DNA of 64,000 nucleotides from Planctomycetota bacterium (GTDB lineage: Bacteria; Planctomycetota; UBA8742; UBA2392): contig JACKIE010000001.1 in assembly GCA_020638635.1 (NCBI GenBank), positions 175,970-239,969 of the forward strand, written 5' to 3'. Shown in pieces: positions 27,999-37,980 of this stretch (within the stretch, counting starts at the first letter, position 1; the number at the start of each line of letters is the position of its first letter). The notes beneath the pieces were generated by a model. That model ran no database searches. It was not told where the DNA came from and saw only the letters and a list, made by a program, of their open reading frames with translations. Made by a program: the position numbers and the translations under genes.

Positions 27999-30900
27999 AT
28001 GCGACGCTACGGACTGGTGGTCGTGCTGTTGTTTGTGACGGGTCTGGCCAATTCGGCTCAACGGTGGCCGACGCCGACTTATCCCGAGTCCGATCCCAAT
28101 GCATTCAAGATTTCCACGCAGGCCAACCTCGAGGAGGCGCTTACCCGCATCGGGCGACTGAAGTCCCAGTTGGCCCAGGCCAAGGACGCAGAAGAACGCG
28201 CCTTCCTGCTCAACCGCATCCTGGAACTGTGCCAGGCCCAGCTGAATGAAGACAGCAACGACTCAGGCGTGATTGTGGTTCAGACCGGCGGTGTCGATGA
28301 ACGCGGCAACAAGCTGGCCGTGCGCTGGCAGGGCGCATTCAGTGCCATTGAGGACGAAATTCGCGGTCTCGGCGAGGAGAGCCTGCAGCTCTATGAAAAG
28401 GCCTACGGCCCCCGCGCGGCGTTGCTGCTGCAGCAGGCCGTGGAAACCCGCCAGCGCGAGCGGATTCAGTACCTGAACCGCCGCTTCGGCCTGACGCGCG
28501 CCGGGCTGCGTGCCGGCACCCTGTTGGCCACCATGTGGTGGGAGGAGGGCGAGGTTTCGCGCGCCGCCCGCTGCCTGGAGCGCGTGCTGTCAATCCGCGA
28601 GCTGTTGACGCCCGACGAGCAGGCACGCCTCAGCGCGTGGCTGGCTCATTGCTACCGCGACCTGGGTGAGCGCGCCAACCTGGTCAAGCTGATCGAGCAG
28701 ACCGTGGCCCTGCGCGAGCGTGAGGTGGATGAAGGCAGTGAGAAGGTCAAACTCGGTGCGCTGTTGCAGGCCCGGCTGCTCGAGGCGCGCGACGCTACTA
28801 CCGATACCGTGGATGTTTTGGGCGTCGAATGGCCAGGTGGCAACTACGCCAACACCGGGCTGCACGAGAAACCGAGCGACTACCGCCAGATCGCCTGGAC
28901 CAAGACGCTGCCCAAGCTTGCGGCAACGCCGATCTGGAACAAGTTCATGGGTTACCCGGCATCGAATGTGCCACCGTTCCTGCCCATGTTCGATGGCAAC
29001 ATGTTTTATGTAAACACGGGTGACCGGCTTGCGGCCTATGACCTGATCGCCGGCGAAGGCGACGAGCCCAGCTGGACCTGCAAACCCTTCGACACCACGA
29101 GCAGCAACTGGCGCGTCGTCGAGCCCGATCCCGGCATGATCCTTCCGGTGAGCGCATGGCACAGCACGCTGTTCACCGCCATCGAGAACCCCCTTCACAA
29201 CACCTATCACGATCCCAATCCGGACCCCAACTTCCGACTCTACAGCCACTATCCCAAACTGCGCCGTGCTCTGTGCGCCATCGACAGCAGCACGGGGCGC
29301 CTGCTCTGGAAGCTCGGCGGCCAGTACCAAGGCGACAAGGACCAGCAGACGAACTTCCTGTCGGCCGTGGTGCACGAGGGCACCCTGTATGCCATCGCCA
29401 GCCGCGTGCCCCAGATCGCCGAGATTTTCCTGTACGCCATCAACCCCAAGGACGGCGAAATCCTCTGGAACCTGCGCCTGTGCTACGGCCAGCAGGAGAC
29501 CACCATGTTCGGCCGCCCGGCGCGCGAGCCGCATCCCAGCCTGCCCTGCATCGCGGGTGGCACGCTGTACCTGTGCACCAACATCGGCGGGGTGGTGGCC
29601 GTCGAGCTGGCGACCCGCAGCCTGCGCTGGATTTCGCGCTATGAGTACATGCCGCGGCCGGTCACAAAGTACACCGAGACTTACTACCGGGACGTGACCT
29701 GGTACAACTCGCCGACCATCTACGCCGAGCACAAGGGCAAGCCGTACATACTCGCCGCACCCACGGATGCAAAGCTGATGTTCGCCATGGATGCCCGCAG
29801 CGGCGAAGTGCTGTGGGAGCTCGACCAGGCCGCGCAGCCGTTGTACGGAGGACGTGCTCTGGTGGGTGTGCGCGAGGGCAAAGTGTACGTGGCGGGCGAC
29901 GGCGGCGTGCGCGGAGGGAGCGCCAGCCGCCTGCACGTGATCGATATCGACGACCCCCGCAAGATCCAGAGCATCAAGGTGACTCCGGCTGACAACGGCA
30001 ATCTGCTGGCGCTTGCGGGACGGCCATGCATTGCCGAGAACCGGCTGCTGTGGCCCGGGCAGGAGTGGGGCGACAACCGCTGCACACTGGCGGAGATCGA
30101 CCTCGACAAGCTGCGCAGTGTGAATTCTGCCTATGTGCCGGGTACTTACTCCGGCTGGGGGTACAGTGTGTTCGCGCAGCACGGCGTCGTGTTCACGGTT
30201 TCCGGCAACGACTACAGCCGCGGCAACAGCCAGTTGGCGGCACGCTTCAACTCGACGACACTGATCGAGACCGCACGCGCTGAGTACAAATCCAATCCCG
30301 ACGATGCAGAGGTCGCCGCGCGCTACGGCCTTCTGACGATGCGCATCGGCGACCGTAACGAGGCGATCAAGGCGCTGCAGCACGCTTTCAAGCTTGCCAG
30401 CTCGCCTCCGCACAACGCGCGCGTCCGCGACCAGGCTGGGCGCGCGCTGGTGGCGTGCTATCTCGAACTCGCCGACAAAGCGTTGCAAGCGCGCAAGTAC
30501 CTCGAGGTCCTGGGCCACGTACAGAACGCGCGCGAGTACGCTACAGTCCGCAGCCAGCTTTCCGACTGTTTCAGCCGTGAAGAACGCGCGCTTCTTGCGG
30601 AAGGCCGCGAGGCGGACATTGAATCCTTCTATCGCAGCGTGATCGCCGACGAGCCTGACTTCGGCATGGGCGCTGACCCGGAGATCCCCGTCGGCATCTA
30701 TGCCCGGATCCGCCTGGCCGAGCGTATGGAACGCGCCCGAAAAGACGGCGAAGCCACGGTACTCTGGCAGGAAGTACAGGAAAGCCCCGAGCGATTCAGC
30801 TTCGGCGGAGTAAGCCTCCGCGCCCTGGCCCTTGAGCGCATGCGCGAAGCCATCAAGCGCAGCGGGAGGACGATCTACGCGCCACAGGAGTCCATGGCCG

Positions 30901-32498
30901 CCCGGCTGCTTTCCGAGCAGACACCGGATGCATGGCAGAAACTGCTGCGACGTTACCCGCTGGCCCACGCGGCCGATGAAGCGGCGTTGAACCTCGCCGC
31001 CTCGCATCTGGAATCACACCGGGCAGCGGATGCAACCGACGTGCTGCGGGCTGCCCTCGACGAGAACGCGGACCGCCCGCGGGTCGCCGAGCTGCAAGCC
31101 CTGCTGGCGGTAGCATACAAGTCAGCGGGTGAACGTCTGCGTGCCCGGCTGCTGGCCCTGCGCGTTCTGCGCGAGAATCCGAAGGGTGAGCTGACGATGG
31201 GTGGAAAGGCCCAGTCGTTCGAAGCCCTGCTTCGGCCGCTGACTGAGGGCGACGCCGCTGAAGCCGAGACGGAAGCACTGCCCCAGATGCCGCTGCAACT
31301 CCACGAGTTGTGGTCGCGTCCCTGGGCGGTCGGCGGTTTCACCCGCCTGCCGGTTCAACCAGCCAGTCTACCCGACGCCCGCATCCACGTGGGCGAGCAC
31401 TCCATGACCGGTACCGAGCTGGTGGCGCTGGATGCCGCTACCGGGAAGCCACGCTGGGCGCGGCAACTGGCGGTGTCCTTGACCGGGGTGCACCGTACCC
31501 CGCGCGGCACCCTGTTCGTGCAGGGGCAGGGCTTTGCGCTGTACGACGAAGAAGGCAACGAGTTGTGGGCCACACCCGCCGGCGGCACCCCTGACCCTGT
31601 CAGCCTGCAAGGCGGAATGCTGGTCTATGGCACGCGCTTCCTCAACACGCGGACGCGCCAGAACATGGTGCGCATCACCGCCCGCGACGTGGACACCGGC
31701 GGCGTCGTGTGGGAGCAGGAACTTGTGGGAAACTCAGCCCGCTGGATCGAACAGGCGCCTGCGGGGGTGCTTGTGATGACGCAAGGCGACGAAACGGAGC
31801 TGGTGCTGCTTGACCCGGAGACCGGCGGCGAGGCCGCGCGCGGCGTGCTGGACCCCCAGGGACGCATCACCGTTCATCCGCTGCTGCTGGACGACCGCGT
31901 GCTGGTGATCAATCGAGACGGCAAAGTGATCGTGCTGACGGCTGACACTTTAAAGCCGGCCGGCGAGTTCGAGACTCGGATACGCTACGCCACGCGCTTC
32001 AATGTGGTGGAAGGCGAACTGCTTGTGGTGGGCCTGACCGCTGCCGGTCGATTCGAGCCGGACGGCAAGCAGGTGTGGCGCCGCGATTACGGCGAGAACG
32101 CAGTGGTCACCGCCCAGGTGCAGATGAAGCATGCCATCGCGCAGGCCACTCGCGCCGCAAACGGGGCGGGACGCATCACAGGCTACGCGCTGGCCGACGG
32201 CAAGCCGACCTTCAGCTACGACATTTCGCGGGAGAATGACTCAGACCGTGTGGACGTGCTGAATGCCATGCCCTTTGACGACGGCATCGTTGTCGTCCTT
32301 GCGGACAACCGCATCATCGACGGGCGCATGCAGCTGTGGGGCTTCCGCCTGCTGGTGCTGAACGCGGACGGCACTGAACGCTTTACGTGGCTGCATCACG
32401 CCGAGGACAGCCCACTGTTCATCCAGCTAGCCCTCACCGAGAATTACATCGCGCTGACCTGCGACAAAACCACCTTCGGCTTCGGCCGCAAAGATTAG
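27999..32498 (+). CDS. giant secreted protein with an N-terminal TPR/helical region and multiple PQQ-like (BamB-type) beta-propeller repeats
   Basis: 1,499 aa from the ATG at 27999 (AGGAG 7 nt upstream). Signal peptide MRRYGLVVVLLFVTGLANSAQ. Recurrent beta-propeller blade units (LYAINPKDGEILWNL, MDARSGEVLWEL, LDAATGKPRWARQ, RDVDTGGVVWEQE, YALADGKPTFSYD) are interleaved with helical TPR-like stretches. Confidence 0.6.
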   Translation: MRRYGLVVVLLFVTGLANSAQRWPTPTYPESDPNAFKISTQANLEEALTRIGRLKSQLAQAKDAEERAFLLNRILELCQAQLNEDSNDSGVIVVQTGGVDERGNKLAVRWQGAFSAIEDEIRGLGEESLQLYEKAYGPRAALLLQQAVETRQRERIQYLNRRFGLTRAGLRAGTLLATMWWEEGEVSRAARCLERVLSIRELLTPDEQARLSAWLAHCYRDLGERANLVKLIEQTVALREREVDEGSEKVKLGALLQARLLEARDATTDTVDVLGVEWPGGNYANTGLHEKPSDYRQIAWTKTLPKLAATPIWNKFMGYPASNVPPFLPMFDGNMFYVNTGDRLAAYDLIAGEGDEPSWTCKPFDTTSSNWRVVEPDPGMILPVSAWHSTLFTAIENPLHNTYHDPNPDPNFRLYSHYPKLRRALCAIDSSTGRLLWKLGGQYQGDKDQQTNFLSAVVHEGTLYAIASRVPQIAEIFLYAINPKDGEILWNLRLCYGQQETTMFGRPAREPHPSLPCIAGGTLYLCTNIGGVVAVELATRSLRWISRYEYMPRPVTKYTETYYRDVTWYNSPTIYAEHKGKPYILAAPTDAKLMFAMDARSGEVLWELDQAAQPLYGGRALVGVREGKVYVAGDGGVRGGSASRLHVIDIDDPRKIQSIKVTPADNGNLLALAGRPCIAENRLLWPGQEWGDNRCTLAEIDLDKLRSVNSAYVPGTYSGWGYSVFAQHGVVFTVSGNDYSRGNSQLAARFNSTTLIETARAEYKSNPDDAEVAARYGLLTMRIGDRNEAIKALQHAFKLASSPPHNARVRDQAGRALVACYLELADKALQARKYLEVLGHVQNAREYATVRSQLSDCFSREERALLAEGREADIESFYRSVIADEPDFGMGADPEIPVGIYARIRLAERMERARKDGEATVLWQEVQESPERFSFGGVSLRALALERMREAIKRSGRTIYAPQESMAARLLSEQTPDAWQKLLRRYPLAHAADEAALNLAASHLESHRAADATDVLRAALDENADRPRVAELQALLAVAYKSAGERLRARLLALRVLRENPKGELTMGGKAQSFEALLRPLTEGDAAEAETEALPQMPLQLHELWSRPWAVGGFTRLPVQPASLPDARIHVGEHSMTGTELVALDAATGKPRWARQLAVSLTGVHRTPRGTLFVQGQGFALYDEEGNELWATPAGGTPDPVSLQGGMLVYGTRFLNTRTRQNMVRITARDVDTGGVVWEQELVGNSARWIEQAPAGVLVMTQGDETELVLLDPETGGEAARGVLDPQGRITVHPLLLDDRVLVINRDGKVIVLTADTLKPAGEFETRIRYATRFNVVEGELLVVGLTAAGRFEPDGKQVWRRDYGENAVVTAQVQMKHAIAQATRAANGAGRITGYALADGKPTFSYDISRENDSDRVDVLNAMPFDDGIVVVLADNRIIDGRMQLWGFRLLVLNADGTERFTWLHHAEDSPLFIQLALTENYIALTCDKTTFGFGRKD

Positions 32499-32530
32499 CG
32501 GCAGTCATTCGTTCCGGGTATAAAACGGCC

Positions 32531-33496
32531 ATGAGCGAGATCCGCGAGTTCGGCAAATCCGTGTTGCGCCAGGAGGCCACAGCCGTGTCGGCCCTGGCCG
32601 ATCTGCTGGATGAAAACTTCGACCGCGCCGTGAAGGCCATGCTGGAGTGCACCGGCCACGTGGTGGTGGTCGGCGTCGGCAAGCCTTGGCTGATCGGCCA
32701 GAAAATCAGCGCCACGCTTGCCAGCACCGGCACTCCCAGCTTCGCCCTGCACCCCAGCGAGGCCATGCACGGCGACCTTGGCCGCCTGCGCAAACACGAC
32801 GTGGTGGTGGCGCTGTCCAACAGCGGTACCAGCGAAGAAATCACCCGCGTGCTGCCCGTGCTCAAGCGCCTGGGCTGCCTGTGCATCGGCCTGACTTCGA
32901 ACCTGGAATCGCCCCTGGCCGCGAACAGCGACATCGTGCTGAACATGGGCAAGGTCAGCGAGGCCTGCCCGATCGGCATGGCCCCCAGCGTCAGCACCAC
33001 GGTAATGCTGGCGCTCGGCGACGCGCTGGCGCTCGCCGTCATGAAGGCCCGCAACTTCACGCGCGAGGATTACGCCCGCTTCCACCCCGGCGGCGCGCTC
33101 GGGCGCAGCCTGATGAAGGTCAGAGAGATCATGCGGCCGATCGAGCAGACGGCCGTGGTGGGCGTATCCGCCACGGTGCGCGACGCGCTGCACGCGATCA
33201 CACTGCACAAGACCGGCGCCGCGTTCATCGTGGAGATGGGCGTGGTGAAGGGCGTTTTCACGGACGGCGACCTGCGCCGCCACGTCGCCGACGACAACCT
33301 GCTGAGCCAGCCGATCCTGGACGTGATGACCAGCCCCTGCCTGACCATCCACCAGGAAAAGCTGGCGCCCGAGGCCGTGCGCACCATGCAGCGCCCCAGC
33401 GGGCTGGTAATCGGCGAACTGCCGGTGGTGGACGACGACGGCAAGCTCAGGGGCCACGTCGCGCTCAAGGACCTGGTGGTAATGCACTTCGTGTGA
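32531..33496 (+). CDS. kdsD: KpsF/GutQ family sugar-phosphate (arabinose-5-phosphate) isomerase, SIS + tandem CBS domains
   Basis: VVVVGVGKPWLIGQKISATLASTGTPSFALHPSEAMHGDLG (SIS domain), ALSNSGTSEEI, then two CBS motifs. ATG at 32531. Confidence 0.8.
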   Translation: MSEIREFGKSVLRQEATAVSALADLLDENFDRAVKAMLECTGHVVVVGVGKPWLIGQKISATLASTGTPSFALHPSEAMHGDLGRLRKHDVVVALSNSGTSEEITRVLPVLKRLGCLCIGLTSNLESPLAANSDIVLNMGKVSEACPIGMAPSVSTTVMLALGDALALAVMKARNFTREDYARFHPGGALGRSLMKVREIMRPIEQTAVVGVSATVRDALHAITLHKTGAAFIVEMGVVKGVFTDGDLRRHVADDNLLSQPILDVMTSPCLTIHQEKLAPEAVRTMQRPSGLVIGELPVVDDDGKLRGHVALKDLVVMHFV

Positions 33497-33497
33497 A

Positions 33498-33570
33498 GAG
33501 GCCAGAGGTCGGAGGTCAGAGATCAGGGACAAACGCTTTCCTCCCTGGCCTCTGACCTCTAACCTCTAGC
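33498..33570. repeat. about 25-bp imperfect inverted repeat between kdsD and the cyclase gene
   Basis: agaggccagaggtcggaggtcagag pairs with ctctgacctctaacctctagcctct (3 mismatches), around a 23-nt loop. Candidate terminator or REP-like element. Confidence 0.55.
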
Positions 33571-33576
33571 CTCTGA

Positions 33577-35445
33577 ATGCCGGATTCCTTCTCCTTCGAC
33601 ATCCATTTCGACGCCCCGGTCTCCGAGGTCTGGCGCGTTGTTTCCGATACCGACGCCCTGGACGGCGCGGCCGGCATGCCCCCCATCACCTATCGCGACG
33701 AACCCCAGCCCGACGGCACCAGCCGCCGCTTCGCCAGCTATCGCATGCACGGCTTCCTGTTCGCCTACGAGGAGCTGCCCTTCACCTGGGTGCACGAGCA
33801 GCGCTACGACGTGAAGCGCATCTATAGCAACGGCGCGTTTCGCACCTTCCGGCATAGCTGCGAGATCATCCCGCGCGACCCCACCAACCCCGACGCCGGC
33901 TGTACCGTGCGCACCACCTTCCAGTGGGAGAAATCGCGCGGCTTCCTCGGATTGTTCGCCGCCTCGGGCACGCGCAACAACGGCGTCACTACCTACACTC
34001 GCATCTTCACCGAAGCCGCAGCGCGCCTGAAGGCCCGCCCCGAGCACGAGAAGCGCCACAGCGTGATCCTGTCTCGCCCGATCGAGGTGCCGGCCATCGA
34101 GGAAGAACGGCCGCAGCTCGACCCTCAGCGGCTGCAGGATTTCACCCGCCGCACCCGCGTGCTGTACGACTCACCTCTCGCGGATCGCCTGGCCGAGGCC
34201 GTAAAGAACCTGCCCGCCGAGGAGTTGCGCCGCATGCAGCCCTACGCCTTCGCGCGGCGCTGGAAAGCGGACCGCCAGCAGACCCTGAACCAGTTTCTCG
34301 CCGCCACCCGCGCCGGCCTGCTGAAGATGCGCTGGGACGTGATCTGCCCCCACTGCCGCGGCGACAAGATGAACCTGGCCAGCCTCGACGAAGTGAAGGA
34401 AAAAGCTTTCTGCCCCAGCTGCAACATCGACTTCGACGTGGACCTCGACCGCAGCCTCGAGGCCGTGTTCACGCCGCACCCGCAGGTGCGCGAAGTGCAG
34501 GCCGCGCACTATTGCCTGGGCGGCCCGGGCACCACGCCGCACATCGTGTACCAGCAACTGTTCGAGCCCGGGGAAGAACACAAGGCCGAGTTCAGGCTGG
34601 CATCAGGCCGCTACCGGGTAAGGGTAACCGGCGACCCCACCTACCGCTGGATCGAGATCGGCGAACAGGGGCGCGGCCCTGACTCGCGCCAGGCCTTCGA
34701 AATCCGCGACAACGCGTTCAACGGCCAAGACCACACACTAAGCGAAAACGACCCCATCCGCCTGCACATCCGCAACGCATCAAAACGTCGGGTGGTGGCC
34801 GTGATCGAAAGCGTGGAATGGGCCCGCGACGCCCTCAGCGCCGGCGAGCTGGTGGCCGACCAGCGTTTTAGAGACCTGTTCAGCAGCGAAGTGCTCGCGC
34901 CCGGCATCAGCCTGGCCGTCGAGGACGCCACCATCCTGTTCACGGACGTGGTCGGCAGCACCGCCATGTACAACACGCTCGGTGACGCCAAGGCCTTCAG
35001 CCTGGTGCGCACCCACTTCGACGTGCTGCACGAAATTGTTGAGAAGCACCGAGGCGCGATCGTCAAAACCATCGGCGACGCCATCATGGCCGTGTTCACC
35101 AAACCGGAAAACGCCCTGCGCGCGGCCGACGAGCTGCACCAGCGCACGGACGCCTACGTGCGCGAGCAGGGCCACAAGGAAGGCGTGCAGCTCAAGATCG
35201 GCCTGCACGCGGGCCCCTGCATCGCGGTGACGCTGAACGAGAAGCTGGATTACTTCGGGACGACGGTAAACCTGGCCGCGCGCGTGCAGGGGTTAAGCGA
35301 AGGCGGCGACATCCTGGTAAGTCAGAACATGGCCGACCGCACCAGCAACTGCGAGGCGCTAAGGGAAACCGGCTGGCAAAGCAAGCTCGAACACGCCTAC
35401 GCCAAAGGATTCAAGGACCCCGTCCCCGTCCTGCGCTGGACATAG
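33577..35445 (+). CDS. class III adenylate/guanylate cyclase with an N-terminal SRPBCC(START)-like domain and a central 4-Cys zinc-ribbon module
   Basis: C-terminal CHD: ATILFTDVVGSTAMYNTLGD...IVKTIGDAIMAVF...KIGLHAGPCIAV...YFGTTVNLAARV. Central CPHCRGDKMNL...CPSCNIDFD. N-terminal 150 aa resemble the polyketide-cyclase/SRPBCC fold (PDSFSFDIHFDAPVSEVWRVVSDTDAL...). Confidence 0.8.
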   Translation: MPDSFSFDIHFDAPVSEVWRVVSDTDALDGAAGMPPITYRDEPQPDGTSRRFASYRMHGFLFAYEELPFTWVHEQRYDVKRIYSNGAFRTFRHSCEIIPRDPTNPDAGCTVRTTFQWEKSRGFLGLFAASGTRNNGVTTYTRIFTEAAARLKARPEHEKRHSVILSRPIEVPAIEEERPQLDPQRLQDFTRRTRVLYDSPLADRLAEAVKNLPAEELRRMQPYAFARRWKADRQQTLNQFLAATRAGLLKMRWDVICPHCRGDKMNLASLDEVKEKAFCPSCNIDFDVDLDRSLEAVFTPHPQVREVQAAHYCLGGPGTTPHIVYQQLFEPGEEHKAEFRLASGRYRVRVTGDPTYRWIEIGEQGRGPDSRQAFEIRDNAFNGQDHTLSENDPIRLHIRNASKRRVVAVIESVEWARDALSAGELVADQRFRDLFSSEVLAPGISLAVEDATILFTDVVGSTAMYNTLGDAKAFSLVRTHFDVLHEIVEKHRGAIVKTIGDAIMAVFTKPENALRAADELHQRTDAYVREQGHKEGVQLKIGLHAGPCIAVTLNEKLDYFGTTVNLAARVQGLSEGGDILVSQNMADRTSNCEALRETGWQSKLEHAYAKGFKDPVPVLRWT

Positions 35446-35494
35446 TAGTCGCTTCTCATGCGTGACACTGCTATGGTTTCCGTGGAGGTCAAGC

Positions 35495-36265
35495 GTGGAA
35501 CTCAAAGCAATCGTGGGCGCGATCGCCGGTGGCCTGCTGGGCGCGATAGGCTGGACGGCAGTTGTCATAGGGGGCGAGGCAGAATTCAAGCTGATGGCTT
35601 GGGGTGTAGGTGGATTGATCGCTGGCGGCGCGATTCTCGCGGGCGGCCGCGGGCAGACCATGGGCGGCGTATGTGCGTTGGTCACGATGGGCGCAATCCT
35701 CACCGCCAAGCTTTTTATCGCTGCACATCTTACGCAGCTCGTCGAAGAAGACGCCGCGGCAATTGACTTCTCGACTGCGCACTACAACCACTTTATGCGG
35801 GACGCCAAAGACTGGCAGAAGGTGGAGGGCAACACGGTTGCTTTCCTCACTGAACACAAGAACTACGAATGGCAAGCCAATGGGCGGCTGGACTCCACGG
35901 ACTATGAAGTGTTCGACGAGTTTTGGGCGCCACGCCTGAGTGCGTGGGCCGCAAGCCCGCCGCCCTTCGAGACCTGGAAGCCTCGGATTGAAGCGGACTT
36001 GCGTGAGCTGCAGCAGCACCGTGCGGGCTATCTCGACCAGTTGAAGGCCGTTACAGGACCTTGGGACCTCGGATTCATTTTCGTGGGCATTGTGACAGCG
36101 TTCGGGCTCGTGGCGGGACGTGGCGAACCTCCGGCACGCCAAAGGCACTCTGCAGCGCCGGTGATAGATTACTCGGTGGCGCCCGGGGTTCCTACGCCGA
36201 CAAAAGGCCGACCCGCCTCTACGCGCGGCATTGATCCGCAGGATCAACCCCCCGGCATGCGTTAA
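35495..36265 (+). CDS. hypothetical membrane protein (Gly-zipper-rich N-terminal TM hairpin)
   Basis: GTG at 35495 with GGAGG 6 nt upstream. LKAIVGAIAGGLLGAIGWTAVVIGG and GVGGLIAGGAILAGG form a TM pair, with a third helix near the C-terminus. Confidence 0.4.
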   Translation: MELKAIVGAIAGGLLGAIGWTAVVIGGEAEFKLMAWGVGGLIAGGAILAGGRGQTMGGVCALVTMGAILTAKLFIAAHLTQLVEEDAAAIDFSTAHYNHFMRDAKDWQKVEGNTVAFLTEHKNYEWQANGRLDSTDYEVFDEFWAPRLSAWAASPPPFETWKPRIEADLRELQQHRAGYLDQLKAVTGPWDLGFIFVGIVTAFGLVAGRGEPPARQRHSAAPVIDYSVAPGVPTPTKGRPASTRGIDPQDQPPGMR

Positions 36266-36346
36266 GCGCGGCAGTCCACTGAACCAGCGTTGCCCTAAGG
36301 GCTCGAGGCCGCAAGAGACCACATCGCGCAGGATGCGCGTGCCACT

Positions 36347-37039
36347 TCACTTCTTGCCCTCACGCAAGCGTACGAACAGCAGGCGGATGCGGGTGGAGTC
36401 CTCATGGCTTGCGCGGCTCAGCTGCAACATGGCGGTTTCGCCCGGGCGCAGCGTTTCCGTCGCCACGCGCTCTGCGGCGCGCATTTCCGGGACGTTCACC
36501 GCATGGCCCTGAATTGGCGGCGTCTCGATGAACCGAGTGATCGGCCGGTTCATCTGGGCCGACACCGACTCCAGGGTTACGTTGCGGCCGCCCTTCACCT
36601 CGGCGACCTTTAACGTGCAAACCACGCCCTCAGTAACTGTCTCAAACAGCGGCGAAGAGTTCCGCGTTTCCCCACTCCACTCCCGCAGGTAGAGATGCTC
36701 CCGGCTGAATTCGTAAGACAACGCGCCATCGGCCAGCTCAAGCGACGGCCGAGCGAGCAGCTCGCCGTGGCCCTCCATGGCGTTCACGGCCGCGATTTCA
36801 CCCATGGGCTGCTTGAAGCTGCGCGGCGCGATGTCCGTGGGGTCCTCGATGCCCAGCAGCGTCTTCGCGCAGGCTTCGTCCAGTTCAACCAGTGTCAGGT
36901 CGGCCGTCAGGACAGCGGCCGGTTCCGGCCGTGTGAGTTCGTACTCGATGCTCTCCCCAATCCAGATCGGCGGGGTGGCCGGCTCCGGCCGTTGCGTCGC
37001 GCAGCCGGCCAGCAAGGCCAGCAACAGAATCCAGCGCAT
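36347..37039 (-). CDS. hypothetical lipoprotein
   Basis: MRWILLLALLAGCATQ lipobox. 230 aa. Confidence 0.45.
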   Translation of the reverse strand: MRWILLLALLAGCATQRPEPATPPIWIGESIEYELTRPEPAAVLTADLTLVELDEACAKTLLGIEDPTDIAPRSFKQPMGEIAAVNAMEGHGELLARPSLELADGALSYEFSREHLYLREWSGETRNSSPLFETVTEGVVCTLKVAEVKGGRNVTLESVSAQMNRPITRFIETPPIQGHAVNVPEMRAAERVATETLRPGETAMLQLSRASHEDSTRIRLLFVRLREGKK

Positions 37040-37052
37040 GGTGTGTTCCTGA

Positions 37053-37123
37053 GGGGACTGTCCCCGTGTTCGGGGATTCTCGGGGGCTCGACTGTGGGGA
37101 CAGTCCCCCGCGGGGACAGTCCC
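37053..37123. promoter_or_regulatory. array of three 13-bp palindromes GGGGAC(A/T)GTCCCC in an 83-bp intergenic region (operator-like)
   Basis: ggggactgtcccc 37053-37065, ggggacagtcccc 37097-37109, ggggacagtccc 37112-37123. The last overlaps the stop codon of the upstream lipoprotein gene, and the array precedes the start of gene 36347..37039. Confidence 0.5.
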
Positions 37124-37902
37124 TACTCGTCCTTCGTTTGCTCTTCGTCCAGATCCACTCGCTGGCCGGTGATCAGCACCACGTATATGTCGTTGTCGCG
37201 GCCGAGCATGCCGGTCAGCACCAGCGCCTTGGCTTCCCCCACCACGCCGTCCGCCTTCAGGCGCTGGCTGTACACCAGCGGCGTCTGCACCTGCGCCGTG
37301 GTGCCGAACAGTTTCACTTCGTGGGTCTCGATCGGCCGTACCACCTCGGCCATGGTCATGTCCAGGCTCAGGCGCAGGCCCTTGCCGTCGGCGCGCACGG
37401 CGCGCAGGCCGACCAGCAGGCCGTCCAGCACCGTGTTCACCACCGGGTCGGCCACGCGTGTGGCGCCCCCGCCGCTGATGCCGAAGCCGCTGATGTAGGC
37501 GATCTCGTTGCTGATCACGATCGCACCCTGCTGTCCCTCAAACACAGTCAGGCGCGGGGCGCTGACCAGCTTGGCCTGCGAGACGATCTCCGGCGTCAGC
37601 TCGCCGGCCGGCACGGTCGATGCTCCGATCTCCAGGCAGCGCTGGCCGAACAGCCGCTTGGCCACTTCCGGCCGCGCGCGCAGGAAGCGCACCTCGATAG
37701 CGTAGGCATAGTCGGCCTTGCCCTCGAAGGCCGTGTAGAGCGGCAACTCGCTGTCCAGGCCGGCGGCGCCGATCTCGCCGCTGTACTCGACCTTGAAATC
37801 CCCCACCGGTTCCAGTGTCAGCAGCGGGCCCGCGGGCTCCGTTGTCGCGCAGGCGCAGGCCAACAGGCCCACGGCCGCGAACAGGGCGAGAATCAGCTTC
37901 AT
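37123..37902 (-). CDS. hypothetical lipoprotein, paralog A
   Basis: MKLILALFAAVGLLACACATTEPAGPLLTLEPVGDFKV... The C-terminus ...YVVLITGQRVDLDEEQ parallels gene 37981..38766. Confidence 0.5.
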   Translation of the reverse strand: MKLILALFAAVGLLACACATTEPAGPLLTLEPVGDFKVEYSGEIGAAGLDSELPLYTAFEGKADYAYAIEVRFLRARPEVAKRLFGQRCLEIGASTVPAGELTPEIVSQAKLVSAPRLTVFEGQQGAIVISNEIAYISGFGISGGGATRVADPVVNTVLDGLLVGLRAVRADGKGLRLSLDMTMAEVVRPIETHEVKLFGTTAQVQTPLVYSQRLKADGVVGEAKALVLTGMLGRDNDIYVVLITGQRVDLDEEQTKDE

Positions 37903-37980
37903 GATTGTCTCCGAGGGGATTGGCGTGGGGCTCGTACTGCCGTGTCGGTCGGGTAGTCAGCGTCGCAACTGGTGTTCAAT

